Assembly (NCBI GenBank): GCA_013239625.1
Contig: MU053792.1
Span: 1,010,112-1,074,111, forward strand
Direction of reading: 5' to 3'
Origin: Lama guanicoe
Lineage: Eukaryota
DNA: 64,000 nucleotides
The position numbers and the translations under genes are program-made. Under the pieces are notes generated by a model. It was not told the origin of the DNA. It did no database searches and worked only from the letters and a program-made list of their open reading frames with translations. Below are positions 40,906 through 54,430 of the stretch, piece after piece (the stretch's first letter is position 1; the number at the start of each line of letters is the position of its first letter).

Positions 40906-41219
40906 TTCTAGCTTTCATAACCCCTACCCTTAGGACTACCATACCTGTATTCCTTTGGCCCATCCTCCCAACTCCCATGGTCTATGCTCTTATGTCTAGC
41001 CAGTGACTTCTCATCCTCAGCACCTTCACTGTCCCCATTAATCTAAAGCTAATGTCCTTGCTACAAGCTCCCATTATCAGGCTGTATTATAATCACTTAC
41101 TTTACACTAGGAGTAATAAGGGATCAAAGATGCATATGTTTCTCCTATCAAGTAATTCATAATCTAGTAAAACTTATAAAACACATATACATTAAAAGCT
41201 TACATGAAAAATTATAAGA

Positions 41220-41405
41220 GACTGTAAACTGAAAGTTTTGAATACAGACTACCTAGACTTGTATGTTAATTCCACCACTTAGAAGCTCTGTGATCTTAAA
41301 CAAATTACTTAACCTTCTAAATTTATTTCTTCATCTATAGATGGGAAAAATAATAGAGTAATACTCATGATGTTTTGAGGATTAAATGAGAATATGTGTA
41401 AGCAC
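41220..41405 (+). mobile_element. MIR SINE
   Basis: ccaccacttagaagctctgtgatcttaaacaaattacttaacc...ttcatctatagatgggaa...tgaggattaaatgaga. Confidence 0.7.
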
Positions 41406-42766
41406 ATGTGACTGTCCTTCATGATTGGATTACCGCATTCTGCTGATTCTTCTTTGTAGCTGACTTCATTCCTTTGATAACTATGTAAGTTTAAAAAGCT
41501 AAAGCTCTAATCTGTTCTTAGAAACAATGATCAGTACATATATGTACACTAAAAAATGTGCAGTACATGGTACATATGTATTTACATACAATATAATGTG
41601 TATGTGCAGTCAAACCATAATTCTACCTAATAAAACTGAAAAAGGGAAAAAAACAAAAAACATAGAATACAAAAGATAAAGTAAAAAAAAAAGAAATAGG
41701 GAAAAAAAGATAATCCAATCAAGAAGTTTACAATACCTAACACATAGTAATCCCTCAAAAAATATCAGCTATTATCCATTTCCTGGTATAGTCTGAACAC
41801 AGCACGTGAATATATCTTTACTGGATGGACAATGCAAATGTAGGAAAAATGCGAAAAAGCAGTACTAACAAAATACCCTGGGTGTTCAGGAGAAATCTTT
41901 GGTGGGATCAAGGAAGGTTGTGAGAAGGAATTAGCATTTGATTTGAGTCTTAAAAAAAAAAAAAAAGACTTATTAGGGACTGTGATACAGGGCAGAAGAA
42001 CCAGGAATCAAAGTTGGAAAACTAGGTTGGGGTCAAATACCAGCAAATCTTTAATGTTGGCTTGTAAGACCCTACTCTTTGCTAAAAAACTTCCTGCAAG
42101 AAGCAAATATATCTGTAATAATTCACATATTTTTGAAATTCAAGCAGTATATCTTTTATATGGAGGCAATATTATAATATACAAACTATAACATACAAAA
42201 TATATACATAATAAAATAATAAACAATTGTACTTGTCAAGAGAATCCTAATTTAAACAGAAATCCATCCTCAGACTTGACTCCCAGTCAGTCATGGCTTA
42301 ATTGTATCAAAAATCTTTCAATCTGATTAATTTAAGACAGCACCCAAATCGAAGCAACCTTGAGTTGAAATCTGTAACTATGCTTGCATGAACAGAAGCT
42401 AAGCTTTTCCAGGAATTGCTTTTTTCTTCTTCTCCTTTATATTTTGGTATTTATATAAGAGCTTGGGTTTTCATCATCCACTACCCAATAATTAACTAAA
42501 GTATTTACTGAGCTCTTACTATATGCAAGGCACATATTTTTGGTGCTGAGGATAAAGTATGAAAAAATGCCATTTTAGATGGCAAATACGATCCCTTGTA
42601 TATTCGCTATCTTCTCTATCTTTACAGAATGGAATTCAGTATTTGCAACCTCTAAAAATTCATAGTTCTTCCATGCCCAATCACAGAGGACGGCCATTTT
42701 CCAGAAATCTCATCTCACAGTCATTCTTTACTGGCTGGAAATAGGTATGGTAAGTGGTTCACTTAC

Positions 42767-42883
42767 GTAATCCTTGTGAAGATGACGTACCACCAATAGC
42801 GTTTTATACCTGGGCAATTTTTTTCAAGGACTAGCACTTGAGACTGAAGTTACTAAATACTGCATAAGACAGAATTATGAGGT
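42767..42883 (-). other. MSANTD4: Candidate non-coding MSANTD4 exon
   Basis: Minus-strand acceptor ctgtttgattttcctcag|ACC (42884/42883) and donor TAC|GTAAGT (42767/42766). Confidence 0.45.
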
Positions 42884-43199
42884 CTGAGGAAAATCAAACA
42901 GTAAATTCTGGGTCCAAAATAAAATTTTTTTAGGTAAACTTATTATAGGCTGCTCAAGAAGAAAAACATCACAAAATCTACAGACTTCCCCCAACCCAAT
43001 CCCCTTTGAAGTGTGCTCCCCACCTCCCACCAACCCCGCAGCCTACGCTCCACACCATGTTCTTAGAGGAAAGAGAGTATTTCTCTGCCGAATGGGGTGC
43101 TCTACTCTATAACGTGTGCCAGGTAAATGGCTAAAGTTTACTTAAGAGTGGCCTGTTACCACAATAAAGCACCTCTCACTCCCCACCTTCTCCTCTGGG

Positions 43200-44120
43200 G
43201 CCGCCCTGTACAAGCCCCTAGGGAGAATCCTGGCAGGGAGTTAAGGGGCGCGCACCTGCCTCGGCCACAGCGCAATGGCTGCACTTGGTGGGACGTGGGG
43301 CATGCTGGAAGAGTCCCCTCCCCGCAAATGAGAGTCCTAGCTGTGCGCCCAGACACTTCTGCAGCCTTGTTTCGGAGGCTTGGGCCCTCCCTACCCTCCC
43401 GGGTCAGGCGGCAGCTGCGACTGGTATTTCTCCTGGGCGTCGCAGTCCGCTGCGCTGCAGAGCCGGGTCCAAAGCCGGCATCGGGGCGACAGCGACCTGA
43501 CGCTGCCCCCGCTGGTACCCACCGTCCGCGGAGCCGCCGCTCCCCTGGGAGCCTCCTCCGGGGCGCTACCCGCTCACCTGCGACCCTGGCGGCACCTCCC
43601 CACTGTCGGGGCGGGGGTGGGGTGGCAAAAAAGATGCTTCATTAATTCCCCGCCCACTAACTTCGCCCGCCCCCCTGCCGCTAAGCCATTGGCTGGCGTA
43701 GCTGCTGCTCGTTTAATGAGGCTCGTCCATTGGTCCGGAGAGTACTGCCATTCTGGCTGAGGGCCCGCCCTAGGTCTGGCCTCACAATGGAAATCGAGTC
43801 CCAAACCGTTCCGGGTTAGTGCCCTGGATGCCGCCCCCTTGTGATTCGTGGCCTCCCACTCTACGCTCAGTCTTTGGCGCGCGGTCCTGTCAATCAAATA
43901 AGCTCTAGGAAAGGATTGGCCCCCGGCGATCAGCGTGCTGACTGTTCTGCCTGATTGGGACATAGGCTCCCTCCACCTCCAAACTCTACTCCTGTCCTGT
44001 AAAGGTCAGACTTACCTGTGAAAAAGGCAAAGAGGAAGTGGGACCCTTGCGTTGTTCCAGCTGCTTCCTAGCCAAGCCCAGCATCACCCTCTGTTCGGCC
44101 AACTGACCTAGATTGGCCTC
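43200..44120 (-). promoter_or_regulatory. MSANTD4: CpG-island promoter and first exon(s) of MSANTD4
   Basis: The main CpG-dense non-repeat block in the window. Has GC boxes (CCCGCCC), five minus-strand CCAAT boxes, and minus-strand donors CAG|GTGAGC (43578/43577) and CAG|GTAAGT (44016/44015). Confidence 0.85.
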
Positions 44121-44804
44121 AGCCATTCCTCTGAGTCTGCCCCTGCCAAAGATCACTGGTGATTTCCTCATGGCTAAATCTAGGCGTCACGTCTCAGCCC
44201 TTATCTTCCTTGCCTCTTCAAAAAAATATTTGACATGTTGACCTTTCTTCGTTGTTTTCCGTAATTCGTGCTTCCGGCTTTCCTCCCTCTGAGTCCTCTT
44301 CTCTATCCCCTTTGCACTTGCCCCTTTCGCTGCCATCTCAAGTTCTGGTGTTACTGTTGGATCTGTCTTCCTATTGCCTTTGTTCAGGCCTCTGCTGAGA
44401 TCCTGAATTACATCAGTAGCACCCTTACTAGCATGTCAGTTACCCTGCCTGTTTGACTGCCCTCCATTCTTCATACTGTAGCCAGTCAGGCTGCTGACAT
44501 TTCTTTAGTGGAACCACACTCATCTTGAGATGAAGTAGAAACTCTTGTAAAGAGTTCTTTTTCCCTCAGGCTCCATCTTTCATCAACATTCCTCCTCCTC
44601 CCTTTACCTTCTGCCTTACCCCGATTACTTGGCTTCTTTCAGATCCTAGACTTGACCGTGGCCTTGGGACTTAGTTTGCATTGCATTGTTTCCACCTGGA
44701 ATGATTTCTCCCTACCTCTTCCCTGCTATGCCCAGGACTCACTTTAGAAGTTACTTTCTGAAGAAAGGCTTCCTTCCTCTCCTTTCAAGTTGCCTCTCTA
44801 ATGT

Positions 44805-44938
44805 AGGTTTGCAAGGTAAAAGACAGGATACTCAACTAAATTTGAGGTTCAGATGAATAACAAATAATTTGTAGTATAACTATGTCCTATGCAGTATTTG
44901 GCATCCTGTATTTTTATTTGCTAAGTCTGGCAACACTG
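44805..44938. mobile_element. MER53-like hAT MITE inside an L2 fragment (~44120-45100)
   Basis: ggtttgcaaggtaaaagacaggatactcaactaaatttga...catcctgtattttttatttgctaagtctggcaacact. Confidence 0.7.
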
Positions 44939-45774
44939 CTCCAGCATGCTCCCTTCGTAGTCAGTACCTTTCCTCTGACAGCTCTTATCACATATTCCAT
45001 GTGGGCAGGTCTTTCTTGTTCACTGTTTAAATTTCTTTGCCTAGCACAGTGCCTAAAATATAAAAGGCACCTAAAAGAGACTTGGTAAATAAATAATGGA
45101 ATATTCTAGGGGAATCGTGAATAGCTGCTTGATATTCCTGGAGGAACTTTCTTCCATAAAACAGAAGTACTGATGAAATATGCTCTTTGAAATGAACAGT
45201 TAGTTTAATCTTTCGTATTTTTACTTGTGACTTTGTGAAAGAAGCATGTCTATAACTTTGCCTAGGTAGAACAAAAAAAACTGTTTTTGGAAAAATATGA
45301 GAACCTGTATTTTATATTTTGGATCTTTGTTTGTATTGGAGGTTTTTTGGGTGAGTGCAGTGAGAATTTAAGAGAACTCTGCATCCTTATTATGACCAGA
45401 CTCTTCCTCTCTGATCCCTTTCAGAGTCTTTCTACTACTTGACTTTATTTATTTACTTCAGTGGCAGAGTTAAGGGCTAATAAGTCAGTACGTATTAAGA
45501 ACCTTCTGCTTTTATATAATAAACTCTTTAAGCTTCCTCCAGTTAACCTCAGTCTCCTGGCTGCTTGCAATATCTTTTCCAGATACCCTCACTATTTTTC
45601 CTCATCTTGTCTGAGTAGATATGGACCAACAAGGAAGAAATTAAAGGTAATCTAAAACACCTAGTATTAGTACCCTATTACCAATTTGGTTGTCTGCTTG
45701 CTAATTTGTTTTTTGTTAATAGTAATTTCAGGCTGGAAATTTGACCTAATATTTATTCTAAAACTGAGTTGTTC

Positions 45775-46265
45775 AATTGCGGTAGTCACTAGCCAGATGA
45801 GCCCTTGAAATGTAGCTACTACTATAACTGAATAACTGAATTTTAAATTATAAAATTATATTATATTTAATTGTAATTAATTTTAACTTAAAACCTGATA
45901 CTCAAATTATTTACTGCATAATATCTAAGTATGTTTGGAAAACTTTTTCAACTGTAAATTTTATGAAATCTAAATACAAATTGAATATTTCTGATAAAAA
46001 TTAGCATCCGAATTGAGATGTGCTATAACTGTAAAATATTTACAGGATTTCAAAGATTTAGTATAGAAATGTAAAATGTCTCATTGATAATTTTTATATT
46101 GATTATTAGTTGAAAGTACAATCTTTAAATAATTGGGTCAAGGAAAATATATTATTAAAATCAATTTTACCTGTGATTTTTTTTTTTCACTTTTTAAAAA
46201 TGAGGCTAATCGGAAATTTAAACTTACATGTGTGGTATGCATTCTCTTCTTTTAGACAATGCCGT
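45775..46265. mobile_element. Charlie1-like hAT deletion derivative
   Basis: ggtagtcactagccagatg...tgagatgtgctataactgtaaaata...ggatttcaaagatttagta...cttttagacaatgc. Confidence 0.65.
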
Positions 46266-47841
46266 CCTGAACTGTGCTTGGCCACAGCTTATTAAAGTTC
46301 TCAGAGTGAGAATATAATAGTTAACTAAAATCTTCCTATTTCATTGCTTATTATTTAACCAAAGGGAAAGAAAAAAAAATCACTTTGCCTGTCCTTCCTC
46401 TAAACACAGTTTAGTTAAGAAAAAAATAACCCAGTGAACATGTTACACCCTATATCACATACCAGCATTTGCACTTAACTGTATCACGTTGTCTTCAGTC
46501 TCCATTTTTGCCTGTGCACATGGTATTTCTTCTTGTGCACATGCCCTGCTTCCTCCTTGTCTTGTCCTTATGACGCACTCTTAACTCTCCTTCAAAAACA
46601 ATACTTCCCTGGCAATGCTACATCAGCTTTTCCTTTTTCGTGAGTTTTACACTTATGCATATTCTAGGTTATCATTCAGTATTGCTGTTAACTTTTACCT
46701 TTTTATCTTAAGCACCTAGAGCATTACCTGGCACTTAGTCTGGCAAAAAATAAATTTGGTGAGTTGATCTCAACACTGACAAAAGAAAACTCACTCTGCT
46801 TTCTTTTCTGTGATAAAATTGCTTGCAGTTTTCATCCTCCGTCAGATAAATTATGATGGTTTCCAAAATAGCATCGAAAGCTTTTCACCAGCAAATTTCA
46901 TGTTTCTAAAAAATTTACACAGACTGGAAAGCCAGTATGGTTCTGTAGGAATTGTGGCAATCAGTTTCCTTTAGATTTTGTTTCCCTTGTAACTGGGAAA
47001 AATAGGACGTGTTAGAACACGAGCTATTTTGAAATGGTGATCATTATAGTACGAGGTATGAATGGCAGATTTTAGTTTCAGAGATCAGTCTGCTGTCAAA
47101 TCCTGAGAAGTCAAATGGGTTCTGACATTCCAACCAGCATCGACTGTGGTTAGGTTGCCATTTTTGTTTATGGTAGGAGTTTAGTTTCTACTAGAATAGC
47201 CCGTGAAATAGAACGGGCCAATGGTTATTAGGAGAGTCATTAAAAATATTTTTTAATATTATTATGTTTTTCACTCCAGTGCACCTATGCATGGAGCTGC
47301 ACATGAAAGAAACAGATCAATTGCAAATCTGGTAATTTGGAATTGTGCCCCGAGTCACTTTCTATTTGGAGCTCATTTTTCAAAATCACTTTTGGTATGT
47401 ATATTCATGGTTTATCTCTCCTGTTTGACAGTCAGAGAGGCCCCTTGTTGAATAACAATTTTAACGGTTTTGTAGGATGACCCCCTATTTCTTTGGATCC
47501 CCTGCATAATGAGTTTTACGTATGCAGAATAGCCTATATTTTAAATCACCCCATGCCAAATACATCCTGAATAGATAGTAAAAATTGATCTACACTTTTT
47601 TTTTACATGATGTGTCAACAGAAAAACATATGCATAAATTTCAGTTTAGTAGTAAAGATTGATCACACTGTTTTCTGTCTGAGAAACTACTGTGGCATTT
47701 TGTAACCTCTTGGTTGTGGTTATGCATGTGCGCTCTTGAGTTCCTTTTGTAAGAATTGCACAGATTTCTGAAGCTGGGGCTATTTCATTCACTGGTGAGT
47801 TCTCTTCCCTTAACTCATTTAAAAAATAAGTTTTGAATACT

Positions 47842-47931
47842 GTTCAGCACTGATCTAAGTGCTGTTCACAGTTCAGCACTGATCTAAGTGCTAATCACAG
47901 TTCAGTACTTTTCAGCACTGATCTAAGGACC
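47842..47931 (+). repeat. 29-bp tandem repeat, about 3 copies, at the edge of a MIR
   Basis: gttcagcactgatctaagtgctgttcaca / gttcagcactgatctaagtgctaatcaca / partial third copy. Confidence 0.85.
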
Positions 47932-48100
47932 TCGTATACGTTAATCTATTGGACTTTTATCATAACACTACGTGGGAAGTCTACTAGTATCCTTCAGATT
48001 TTTTAAATGAGGAAACTGAGGCAAAATGACGTTAAGTATCTTTCCAAGGCTGCACAGTTAGTAAGTGGCAGAGTTGGAATTTAAACCCAGTTAGTCTGTA
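47932..48100 (-). mobile_element. MIR SINE
   Basis: atgaggaaactgaggc...gttaagtatctttccaaggctgcacagttagtaagtggcagagttggaatttaaacccag. Confidence 0.8.
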
Positions 48101-48519
48101 CATGTAAACCCCATGTTGTACCATCACTCAGAATGGATATGATCACTACCTTCAGGGAGATTGCTTTAAAGATGCTAAAATGTTTGAAAAGGTTTTAATA
48201 ACAAACAAACTGTGCCCACAAAACACTGTGTTTTTCGTAGTATTTATTGAGCTATGTCATAAGCTCCTCAAAGCCAGGAATTAGTATATCACTCATCTTT
48301 CTTTTTACCCCAGCACGAAGCACAGACCTTACATTTACTGTTTAGTCTCAAACTTAGATTTCAGGTTGTGGAATGGGCAGTTATCATAGAATTCCTCTGA
48401 ACAGTAGCCACAGTCAAGGAATCTATCATTAGTTAGCAGCTGACTGAAAGTTTCTTTGTACTACATTGTCCATTGCTTTTACTTCACTTCTTCACCAATT
48501 TGTCTTTCTTGTTCTGATT

Positions 48520-51500
48520 TACTACACTTAGTATGATAATATCTAGGTCCATCATGTTGCTGCAGATGGTACTATTTCATTCCTTTTTATGGCTGCATAA
48601 TATTTCTCCCTCTCTCCCTCTCTCTCTCTCTATATATATATGTATATACACACACACATATATGCCACAACTTCTTTACCCAGTCACCTGTTGATGGACA
48701 TTAAGGTTGCTACCATGTCTTGGCTATTGTAAATGGTGCAGCTATGAACATTGGGGTGCAGGTGTCTTTTAGAATTATTGTATTTCTTTTCAGGATATAT
48801 GCCTGGGAATGAAATTGCTGGGTTATATGGCACCTCTATTCTTAATTTTTTAAAGAACCTCAATACCATTCTCTATTTTGGCTCCACCAATTTACATTCC
48901 CACCAGCAGTGTAGAAGGGTTCCCTTTTCTCCACATCCTCTCCAGCATTTAACGTTTGTGGATTTTTGAATGACGGCCATTCTGACTGGTATGAGGTGAT
49001 GCCTCACTGTAGTTTGGATTTGCATTTCTCTAACAATTAGCAATGTTGAGAATCGTTTTGTGTGCCTGTTGGCCATCTGTATGTCTCCTTTGGAAAAATG
49101 TCTATTTAGATCTTCTGCCAATTTTTTGATTGGTTTGTTTGATTTTGATATTGAGCTGTATAAGCTGTTTGTCTATTTTGGAAATCAATCCCTTGCCAGG
49201 CACATCATTTGCAAATATTTTACCCCATTCCATAGGTTGTCCTTTCATCCTGTTCATAGTTTCCTTTGCTGTGCAAAAGCTTTTATTTTAATTAGGTCCC
49301 ATTTGCTTTTTGGGTTTTTTGCTTTTGTTTCCATTACTCTAGGGGGTGGATCAAAAAAAATATTGCTGACATTTATATCAGAGTGTTCTGCCTATATTTT
49401 TCTCTAGGAGTCTTATAATATCCGGTCTTCCATTTAGGTGTTTAATCCATTTTGAGTTTATTTTGTATATGGTGTTAGAAAATATTCTAATTTCATTCTT
49501 TTATGGAAACTCTCCAGTTTTCCCAGCATCACTTATTGAACGCACTATCTTTTCTCTGTAGTATGTTCTTTCCTCCCTTGTCATTGTTACAAGTTAACTG
49601 ACCATAAGTGCATGAGTTCATTTCTGGGCTTTCTATTCTGTTCCATTGATCTATGTCTGTTTTTGTGTGCTAGGACCATACCTGGTTATTATAGCTTTGT
49701 AGCATAATCTGAAATCAGGGAGCCTGATTCTTTCGACTTCATTCTTTCTTCTCAAGATTGTTTTGGCTGTTAGGGGTCTTTTGTGTTTACATACAAATTT
49801 AAAAAAAAAATTTGTTACAGTTCTCTGAAAAATGCAATTGGTAATTTGATGGGGATTGTACTGAATCTGTGTATTGCCTTGGGTAGTGTGGCCATTTTAA
49901 TAATATCAATTCTTTCAATCCAAGAACATGATATACCTTCTATCTGTTTGTATTATCTTCAATGTCTTTCACTAGCGCCTTACTGTATTCAGAGTACACG
50001 TCTTTAGCCTCCTTAGGTAGGTTTATTCCTAGGTATTTTGCTCCTGTTAATGTGAGAGTAAATAAGATTGTTTCTTTAATTTCTCTCCCTGATAATTCAT
50101 TGATAGTGTATAGAAATACAGAAGATTTCTGTGTATTAATTTTGTATCCTCCAACTTTACCAAATTAATTGATGAACTCTGGTAGTTTTCTCATGGTGTC
50201 TTTAGGATTTTCTGTGTGTAGTACCATTTCATCTGCAAACAGTGACAATTTTCCTTTTTTTCCAATTTGATTCCTTTTATTTCTTTTTCATCCCGGATTG
50301 CTGGGGCTAGGAATTCAAAAACTATGTTGAACAAGAGTGGTGAGAGTGGCCGTCTTTGTCTTGTTCGTGATCTGAGAGGGAACGCTTTCAGTTTTCATCA
50401 CTGAGTATGATGTTATCTGTGGGTTTGCTGTATGTGACCTTTATTTTGTTGAAGTATATTCCCCATGCCCGTTTTCTGGAGAATTTTATCAAAGATGGAT
50501 GTTGAATTTTATCAAAAGCTTTTTCTACATCTAAAGAGATAGTCATATGTTTTTTATTCTCCAGTTTCTTAATGTGGTGTATCACACTGCTTGCTATGTG
50601 CGTATTGAAAAATCCCTGCATCCCGGGGATAAATCCCACTTAATCATGGTGTACGGCCCTTTTAATGTATTGCTGGATTTGGTTTGCTAGTATTTTGTTC
50701 AGGATTCTTGCATCTATGTGATATTTGCCTGTGATTTTCTTTTTTCTTTTTTTTGTGTGTGTGTATGATATCTTTGGCTTTGGTATCAGGGTGATGGTGA
50801 CCTGATAGAATAAGTTCAGAAATGTTCCTTCCTCTGCATTTTGGGGGAATAGTTTGAAAAGGATAGGTGTCAACTCTTCTCTAGATGTTTGGTAGAATTC
50901 TTCTGTGAAGCCACCTGGTCCAGACTTTCGTTTGTTGGGAGTTTTTAAATTACTGATTCGATTCAGTGCCGGTAATTGGTCTACTCACATTTTCTATTTC
51001 TTCCTAGTTCAGTCTTGGCATACTGTTCCTTCTTAAGAAATTGTCCATTTCATCTAGGTTGTCCATTTAATTGGCATATAGCTGCTCACAGTAGTCTCAT
51101 GATCCTTTGTACTTCTATGCTGTCAGTTGCAACTTCTTTTTCACTTCTGGTTTTATTGGTTTGTGCCCTGTCCCTTTTTTTCTTGATAAATCTGGCTAAA
51201 GGTTTATCAATTTTGTTTGTCTCTTCAAAGAACCAGCTTTTAGTTTCACTGACCTTTTATATTGTTGGGGTTTTGTCAGGGGGGGGGTTGTTTGTTTGTT
51301 TCTTTCTTTTTCAGTCTCCGTTTCATGTATTTCTTCTCTGATCTTTATGATCTCTTTCCTCCGACTAAGTTTGGGCTTTGTTTTGCTTTGTCTAGGTTCT
51401 TCAGGCGTAAGGCTAGGTTGTTTATTTGAGGGTTTTCTTGTTTCCTGAGGTAAGCTTGTATCACTGTAAACTTCCCTCTGAGAACTGCTTCTGCAGTTTG

Positions 51501-54430
51501 GGTTGTAAGTTTTTCCCTTTCATTATTTTGAATATATCACGCCAGTCTCTTCTGGCCTGCAGCGTTTCTGCTGAAATTCTATTTTATTTATTGCTTTTCC
51601 CTTGCTGCTTCTAGTATTCTCTCTTCATCTTAAATTTTTGTCTTTTTAATTACAGTGCGTCTTGGTGTGTTCCTCTTTTGTTAATCCTGTGTGGGACTCT
51701 CTCTGCTTCCTGGACTTGGGTAATTATTTCCTTTCCCAGGTTAAGCAAGTTTTTAGCTATTATCTCTTCAAACATTTTCTTGGGTCCTTTCTCTCTTTCT
51801 TCTCCTTCTCAGACCCCTATAATGGGAATATTAGTTAGCTTGGTGTTGTCCCATAGTCCCTTAAACTGTTCTCATTTATTTTTTTTTCCCTTTTTTCTTT
51901 TCAGCGGCTGTGAGTTCCGCCACTCTGTCTTCCAGCTTACTGATCCATTCTTCTGAATCATTTAGTTCATTCCTTCTAGTGTATTTTTTCATTTCATTTA
52001 TTGTATTCTTCATCTCTGTTTGGATGCTCTTTATATTTTCTATCTCTTTGTTAAAGACTTTTAACCTCTTGCTCTGTGCATCCAATTCTTTCCCTGATTT
52101 CTTTGATCATCTTTATGATCATGACTCTGAACTCTTTCTTGGGTAGTTTCCTGTCTCCACTTTACTTAGCTCTTCTTCTGGAGTTTTATTTTGTTCCCTC
52201 ATCTAGAACACACTTCTCTGCTGCCTCATTTTGTCTAAGTTGCTCTTTGTATTTTTATGTACATGGTAGGTTTTTGTTTCTCACCCTTGGAGAAGTGACC
52301 TTCTGTAGGAGATGTCCTATGTGTCCCAGCAGTGCACTCTCCTCTCGTCACCCAAGCTACAAGCTCCCGGGGTTCCCCCATAAGAGGGCTGCATTAGTCC
52401 TTCTGTTGTCGCAGGCTGACTGTGTGGTGGGTCTGGCGGGTTTGGTTGGCCCCTAGGCTGGTTGGTTGCCAGGGCCTGCCTTGCGCAGTTGCTGCTGGCT
52501 GCCTGCTCCTGAGGTGTCTGCTGGCAGAATTCTAGGGGGCCTCAGGGCTGGTGCTGGCTCACTGGTGAGTGGAGTCAGGGTCCCAAGGCATCTGGGCCTG
52601 TTGCCCACCCGCTAGCCAGTGAAGCCAGATCCTGGGCTCAGTTCCAGGTTCCTGGCAGGCAGAGCTGGCTCCTGGACTCTGGCTACAGTGCTCAGGGATC
52701 CCAGAGTTTCTTTCAGATCATTCGGTGGGAGCGGGGGAAGGCGGATTCCTAACAGTTGGGTGTGGGGTCTGGGGTATTCCGGAGGTTGCATTGGCCTGCC
52801 AGGGGGCGGGACCAGGGCCCAGCGAGGGTAGGGTCCAGCCTGTGTTGCAGGATCATAGTTTTCTTGCTTATGGTGTCTGCACCCTGGTGGGTGAGGCTGA
52901 CCTAGAGGCTCGTGCAGACTTCCTGGCAAAAGGTGCCAGTGCCTGTCCACTGGTGGGTGGAGCTGCATCTTGGCCCTCCAGTGGGCTGGGCCATTTCTAG
53001 GGGCATGTCCAGGAGTAGCTGTGGGCCCTTTAGTCTTCAGGCAGCCTGTCTGCTGATGGTAGGGCTGTGTCCCCACCCAGTTAGTTGTTTGGCCTGCAGC
53101 ATCTCAACACTGGCACCTGCAGGCTGTTGGGTGGTACTAGGTCTTGACAGTAAGGAACCAAAATGTCAGCCACCCACAGCAGCAGTGTTCGTGAGGCTGA
53201 ATGTTCCCCAGTATGTCTCCCACCAGTGTCTGTGTCCCACAGCTCTTCCCCGTACCAGCCCCCACCTCTCCAGAAAACTCTCCGAGACCAGCAGGTACTT
53301 CTGGCTTAGGCTCCCATCAAATTACTGCTTTGCCCTGGGTCTCAGTGCACGTGAGATTTTTTGTGCACCCTTTAAGAGTGAAGTCTCTATTTCCTCCAGT
53401 CCTGTGGTGCTCCTACAGTTAAGCCCCTCTGGCCTCAGACCCAAATGCTCTGGGAGTGTGTCTTCCCAGTGCCAGAACCCCAGACTGGAGAGCCCGACAT
53501 GGGGCTCAGAACTCTCACTGCTGTGGGAGAACCTCTGTACTATAATTATTCTCCAGTTTGTGGGTCACCCACCTGGGGAATATGGGTTTTGATTATATTG
53601 TGAATCCACCCCTCCTACTGATGCAGGAAAAACAGATGTGCTGCATGAGGAGGGCCGTGTCCCAGGTCTCAGTGGAGGCCCTGGGATGTGCCCCTCCAAG
53701 TATGGGTCTTGGCTTCATGCAGGGAAGAATTCAAGAGCGAGCCACAGTTGTGTAAAGGTTTATTTAGAGATACGTCACTGCATAGAGGGTAAGGGAAGAG
53801 AAAGGCCACGAGGTGTGAGGGTTGGGTTCTCAGATTAGAGTAAAAGTAGGTACACACTCCATAGACAGAGCGCGGGCCCTTTCTAAAGAGGAGGGAGCAA
53901 AAAGGGAGCTGTGTTGCCAGTTTTTATGGGCTTGGTAGCTTCATATGCTAACAAATGCTTTAACTAGCCTGGGGAGGGGGCTGGGATTCCCAGGAAGTTG
54001 GCCATTTCCCACCCTTTGACCTTTTGTGGCTCACCTTGGAGCTGTCATAGCACCTGTGGGCATGTTACTCACCATGCTAATATATTACGGTGGGCGTATA
54101 AGGAAGCTCAAGGGCCACGAGGAGTCAAATTTCCCACCATCTTCAGCCTCAAGACCTACTAGGAGTTGAATCTCCCACCATTTTAATGTTGATTGCTGTC
54201 ATTCCTGAATGGCTGTGCCTTGCCCCCTTCCTGTCTCCCTACCTCTCTCGCTAAGGTTCCTTCTTTGTGTCTTTAGTTGTAGAAGATCTTTTCTGGTAGT
54301 TTCCAGTTTCTTTTCTCATCAGTGATTGTTCTGCAGATGTGATTTTGGTGTGAGAGGAGAGGAGAGGATCCTTTGCTCATAAGAGGAGTTGAGCTCACAG
54401 TCTTTCTACTCCACCATCTTGCCTGCACCC
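48520..54430 (-). mobile_element. Near full-length decayed L1 with internal deletion
   Basis: Minus-strand ORF2 peptides ([46 protein letters not shown]), ORF1 coiled coil (51876-52085) and GC-rich 5'UTR. ORF2 jumps directly to ORF1 near 51495. Confidence 0.9.
53619..54238 (-). mobile_element. ERV1-type solo LTR inserted in the L1 5'UTR
   Basis: Bounded by TGATGCAGG... and ...cctgtctcc with flanking duplication CTAC (53615-53618, 54239-54242). Minus-strand AATAAA at ~53759-53764. Confidence 0.7.

Noticed and set aside
43127..43963. ORFs of 126-172 aa in the CpG island
   Set aside because: Expected from stop-codon scarcity in GC-rich DNA. No recognisable domain.
47842..47931. Repeat with palindromic unit as a CRISPR-like array
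   Set aside because: Mammalian context, no unique spacers, simple tandem duplication.
52612..53592. 154- and 226-aa ORFs
   Set aside because: They lie in the GC-rich L1 5'UTR and have no protein family signature.
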